Below, piece after piece: positions 60,597-64,000 of a stretch of DNA of 64,000 bases (position 1 is the first letter of the stretch; the number at the start of each line of letters is the position of its first letter). This DNA comes from an uncultured Verrucomicrobiae bacterium. GTDB taxonomy: Bacteria > Verrucomicrobiota > Verrucomicrobiia > Chthoniobacterales > JAFAMB01. Location: the NCBI GenBank assembly GCA_963762565.1, contig CAVXLD010000012.1, positions 256,001 through 320,000 on the forward strand, in the 5' to 3' direction. A program made the translations under genes and the position numbers. The notes beneath the pieces are model-generated. The model did no database searches. It saw only the letters and a program-made list of their open reading frames with translations, and was not told the origin of the DNA.

Positions 60597-62258
60597 TCAC
60601 TCCAATACTCCATCACTCCGCGGTTTTTCCTTCGGTGTTATCCAGTGCTCCGCGACCACGAAGAGAACAGTCATCATCATGGTCAGGGTAAGGAGGAGCG
60701 CGGGGACGTAGCCAGTTCTGTACCGGTCAAGGTCGAGCGTGTGTACGACCCCGACCGTCAGCATGTTGCCGTAAACGGCGGTGCTGACCATGACGGCGGC
60801 CAGGGCTGCAAGCCGCAGGTCTGGCAATCTGCGGCTTAAGAATACTGGAAACAGAGCAGCGAAAAACGCCAACTGGATGAAGGAAGCGACTTTAGCCAGA
60901 CCGATCGCTGCATAGCGCAACCAATTGACGCAATCGACTTTCCAACCTTCCTGGTACACTTTCTCAAGGTTGTTGAGATAGGAGAGATAAGCAGGTTGAA
61001 CCCTTTGGTAGTCCTTCGATTCGGCATCAGCCAATAGGGCCTGCGGTGACGGGCTGAATCGAGCCGCGATATCGATGGCTCGCCGCTTATTCACCGAATG
61101 TGCCGCGAAATCACGGCTTGGCGCTGATAGAAAGATGCGCATTTCCTTGCCGATTTTGGACAGCATTGCCCCGGGTGATTTAATCCAGGTTTCGAAATAG
61201 GTGGAATAACAGAGATTGACCAGCTCCGGGTCAGTTAGCTTTTGTTCGGCCGCGAACGCATGGAAGAAATCTTTTGTGTACATGATGTAGTCGGGCGCGA
61301 AACCGAGGGTGGGACAACCGAGTGGCACTTTGCGGGCTTCGCTCCAGGCTTGCCTCAGCCCTTGATAAAATTGGGCATCCCGGTCAGTGGACGGAGGATC
61401 CGCCTCCGCTCCGCTACGGCGCGACGGGTCCGCCTCCGCTCCGCTACGGCGCGACGGGTCCGCGTCCCCAATCAAGTGTTCCTTTTCCGCGTTCTGCACG
61501 ATCTGGGCAGCGTGTATTGAGACCAACGTGAACGGAAGGAAGGTTCGAGAACTCGCGTCTTTGCGAAAGCCGAGCAGGTTGGGCAAAACGAACAAGCCTC
61601 CGGTAGCGAGTATTGCCGCGTACGTAGGAACCCAGCGTAACGAGCGTGAACCGGTGCCGAAAATGCCCGCAATCAAGAGGAGGAAACTAGGGATCAGCGC
61701 AAGTCCCCAACTCGGCTTTAACAGCAGCACACAATAGGAAGTAAGTAGGGAAGCGGCGCCGAAAAGGATCGCCAGGAAATTTTGGTGCGAAACCCAACGC
61801 GCCCGGATGTAGGCGAGAACGAAAATTAGATACAGCAGAACGAAGAACGCCATCACGCCTTCGGGTTGAACGGTCATTTCGAAACGGGCCTGAGTAGTGT
61901 TCAGCAAATAAATGCCAGCGGTTGCTGCTCCCAGCAGCACCGCGAACCCGTGACAAACAGCAGTCCTTCTCGGAAAGAGCGATAGCCAGATCCGTAAGCC
62001 GACCCAGAAGAGCGGAGCGGCGGCCAGACTGAGACACTGTTGCACGCGGACGATCCACGAAAAATCACCGCCTAATTTCAAGATTAGCGCCAGAATACCG
62101 GGATAAAACCAGGCCCGCCCGTCGGTTTGCTGAAACCCAGCGCCGCCCAGCCAAGAGAGCGCTGGATTCAAATAGCCCCACGAATCTGGCGTAAGAAGCG
62201 GAACGGCGGGAAGACCGGCGCGTTGTTTAATTCCCCAGAGGACGGCTGCCAGCACCAA
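60597..62258 (-). CDS. Multi-pass membrane protein (GT-C-like), start uncertain
   Basis: PDSWGY, PE, LKP and RY motifs with many TM helices. Confidence 0.75.
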   Translation of the reverse strand: MVLAAVLWGIKQRAGLPAVPLLTPDSWGYLNPALSWLGGAGFQQTDGRAWFYPGILALILKLGGDFSWIVRVQQCLSLAAAPLFWVGLRIWLSLFPRRTAVCHGFAVLLGAATAGIYLLNTTQARFEMTVQPEGVMAFFVLLYLIFVLAYIRARWVSHQNFLAILFGAASLLTSYCVLLLKPSWGLALIPSFLLLIAGIFGTGSRSLRWVPTYAAILATGGLFVLPNLLGFRKDASSRTFLPFTLVSIHAAQIVQNAEKEHLIGDADPSRRSGAEADPSRRSGAEADPPSTDRDAQFYQGLRQAWSEARKVPLGCPTLGFAPDYIMYTKDFFHAFAAEQKLTDPELVNLCYSTYFETWIKSPGAMLSKIGKEMRIFLSAPSRDFAAHSVNKRRAIDIAARFSPSPQALLADAESKDYQRVQPAYLSYLNNLEKVYQEGWKVDCVNWLRYAAIGLAKVASFIQLAFFAALFPVFLSRRLPDLRLAALAAVMVSTAVYGNMLTVGVVHTLDLDRYRTGYVPALLLTLTMMMTVLFVVAEHWITPKEKPRSDGVLE

Positions 62259-62360
62259 GAGCAGAGCGGCAATATCGAGTTTATAAAAGGAAAGTTTTTG
62301 GCTGCTGATGCGGCAACATGGACAGCCGTGACAGCGCCGTCAACGCCGAGAGCGAGACTT

Positions 62361-62565
62361 GGTAGGGCGAGGCTCCGGAACGACCGAACTGGGGTCGCAA
62401 GGCGGAATTGCTCTCCGCGGTACATGGGAGGCAACACCTTAAAGCTGCCGAGCCGTGGATCGCGCAACCCGCGGCTCGGAAGCTTTTAGACGGTGTACCC
62501 GATATACCGGCGAACCGCATTCAGCCTTGCGACCCTTTTCGGCTATTCCGGAGCCTCGCCCTACC
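62361..62565. repeat. REP/REPIN-like family A element (GTAG variant)
   Basis: GGTAGGGCGAGGCTCCGGAA / TTCCGGAGCCTCGCCCTACC arms. It contains the hemL stop codon. Confidence 0.85.
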
Positions 62566-63838
62566 TTAACCCTGCCCGCATTACTTCTATGGTCCGGGCG
62601 AGGTCAGAGTGAGTATGAGCCAGGCAAAGGAAACCTGCCTCGAATTGGGACGGGGCAAAATAGATTCCCGAACTCAAGCAATGATGGAAGAAGGACCGGA
62701 ACGCGGCCAAGTCTGAGCGCCGGGCATCGCTAAGGTTGTGCACAGGTGGTTCGCAGAAGTAGAGGCAGAACATAGAACCAATGCGTTGAAACGCGTAATT
62801 TCTGCCGGTTTCACTTAAGGTTTGCTTGACCGCAGCTTCCATTTCACTCCCCAGCTTCTCTAATCGGTTAAAACCGTCGTTGTGTTCGAGTTCCCGAAGC
62901 TGGGCTAGCCCGGCGGCCATGGCCAGCGGGTTACCCGACAACGTGCCGGCCTGATATACCGGTCCGTCCGGGGACAACTGGTCCATGATCTCGGCGCGAC
63001 CGCCAAATGCACCGACCGGAAGGCCGCCTCCGATTACTTTGCCCAGTGCGGTCAAGTCGGGGCGGATTCCAGCCAGTTCTTGGTAACCGCCTTTTGCCAA
63101 GCGAAATCCCGTCATCACTTCGTCAAAGATCAAGAGCGACCCATGAGTGGAACAGAGCTGGCGTAACTGTTCCAAAAATCCGGGTAGCGGCAAGTAAAGG
63201 CCGGCGTTAGCAGGTACTGGTTCGACGATGATAGCGGCAATCTTCTCGCCTTGGGCGTCGAAGATCGCAGCCAGTTTTTCCGAGTCATTGAATGGCAACG
63301 TGATCGTTAGTGCAGCCAACTCCGCAGGGACGCCGGCGCTGTCAGGTGAGCCATGAGTCAAAGCTCCACTACCAGCTTTAACCAAGAGAGAATCGACGTG
63401 GCCGTGATAACATCCCTCGAATTTAACGATAAAATCTCGCCCGGTATATCCGCGAGCCAGCCGGATGCACGACATGGTTGCTTCCGTGCCGCTATTAACC
63501 ATCCGCACTTTCTCCACCGATGGCACCCAGCTACAGATAAGCTTCGCCATTTCGACTTCGAACGGATTCGGGATGCCAAAGCTGAGGCCGTTGACTGCTG
63601 CTTTTTGCACCGCTTCCACCACTATCTCTGGCGCATGCCCGAGAATGGCGGGTCCCCACGTCCCAACAAAATCGATGTATTCCCGGCCGTTTACATCCCA
63701 GAGGTGCGAGCCTTTGGCTTTAGTGACAAAGAACGGCTCTCCTCCAACGTTGCGAAAAGCTCGGACCGGAGAATTAACCCCGCCGGGAATGTATCGGCGC
63801 GCCTCCGAGAATAAAGATGCATTTGTTTCCTGTCCCAT
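62561..63838 (-). CDS. hemL: Glutamate-1-semialdehyde 2,1-aminomutase
   Basis: PGGVNSPVRAF, NSGTEA, FDEVMTGFR and GKVIGGGLP motifs. Confidence 0.97.
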   Translation of the reverse strand: MGQETNASLFSEARRYIPGGVNSPVRAFRNVGGEPFFVTKAKGSHLWDVNGREYIDFVGTWGPAILGHAPEIVVEAVQKAAVNGLSFGIPNPFEVEMAKLICSWVPSVEKVRMVNSGTEATMSCIRLARGYTGRDFIVKFEGCYHGHVDSLLVKAGSGALTHGSPDSAGVPAELAALTITLPFNDSEKLAAIFDAQGEKIAAIIVEPVPANAGLYLPLPGFLEQLRQLCSTHGSLLIFDEVMTGFRLAKGGYQELAGIRPDLTALGKVIGGGLPVGAFGGRAEIMDQLSPDGPVYQAGTLSGNPLAMAAGLAQLRELEHNDGFNRLEKLGSEMEAAVKQTLSETGRNYAFQRIGSMFCLYFCEPPVHNLSDARRSDLAAFRSFFHHCLSSGIYFAPSQFEAGFLCLAHTHSDLARTIEVMRAGLR

Positions 63839-64000
63839 AAATTGCATGGCTTTCGCCGTCGGTCAGTTGGCTGTTTTTCAAGGCGCGAACGACGAGCATA
63901 TCTAAATTCATACGTAAGGAGCGAGCAACGCAGAAAAACAGCCAACTGGCCACGGCCCGAAGGGTTGCGATGAAAATGGGCCGGCGGCTGCGTTGCTCGT
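63822..64000. mobile_element. Second copy of the CTAG-flanked MITE (cut by the window end)
   Basis: Near-identical to 19311-19489. Confidence 0.88.

Overview
Bacterial chromosomal window of moderately high GC with mostly housekeeping genes: leuA, rarA, tatC, argH, hom-thrC-lysC, alr, an exbB/exbD/tonB-type module, an NtrB/NtrC-type two-component pair, fmt, an adenylate kinase, hsp20-lon, a UvrD helicase, SOD, ilvB, lysS, lolC/E and hemL. Gene style and intergenic repeat types suggest Verrucomicrobiota (Chthoniobacterales-like); this is inference, not a database result. I saw no rRNA, tRNA or CRISPR array. The unusual content is mostly non-coding. It includes a degraded IS110 element with a structured ~200-nt upstream region (bridge-RNA candidate), an unannotated 28-aa Leu-rich leader peptide before leuA, and a 278-bp CTAG-flanked MITE with two mutually complementary hairpin loops, whose second copy supplies the hemL start codon. 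There is also an IS481-like MITE nested in a REP-like element, at least five REP/REPIN-like families, nested palindromes built from 7-9-mer repeats, and a repeat unit inserted in-frame in a membrane protein. Several intact ORFs encode enzymes with degenerate active-site motifs (PfkB, AMP-binding, a second kinase domain). Start codons were refined by eye and may be off by a few codons.
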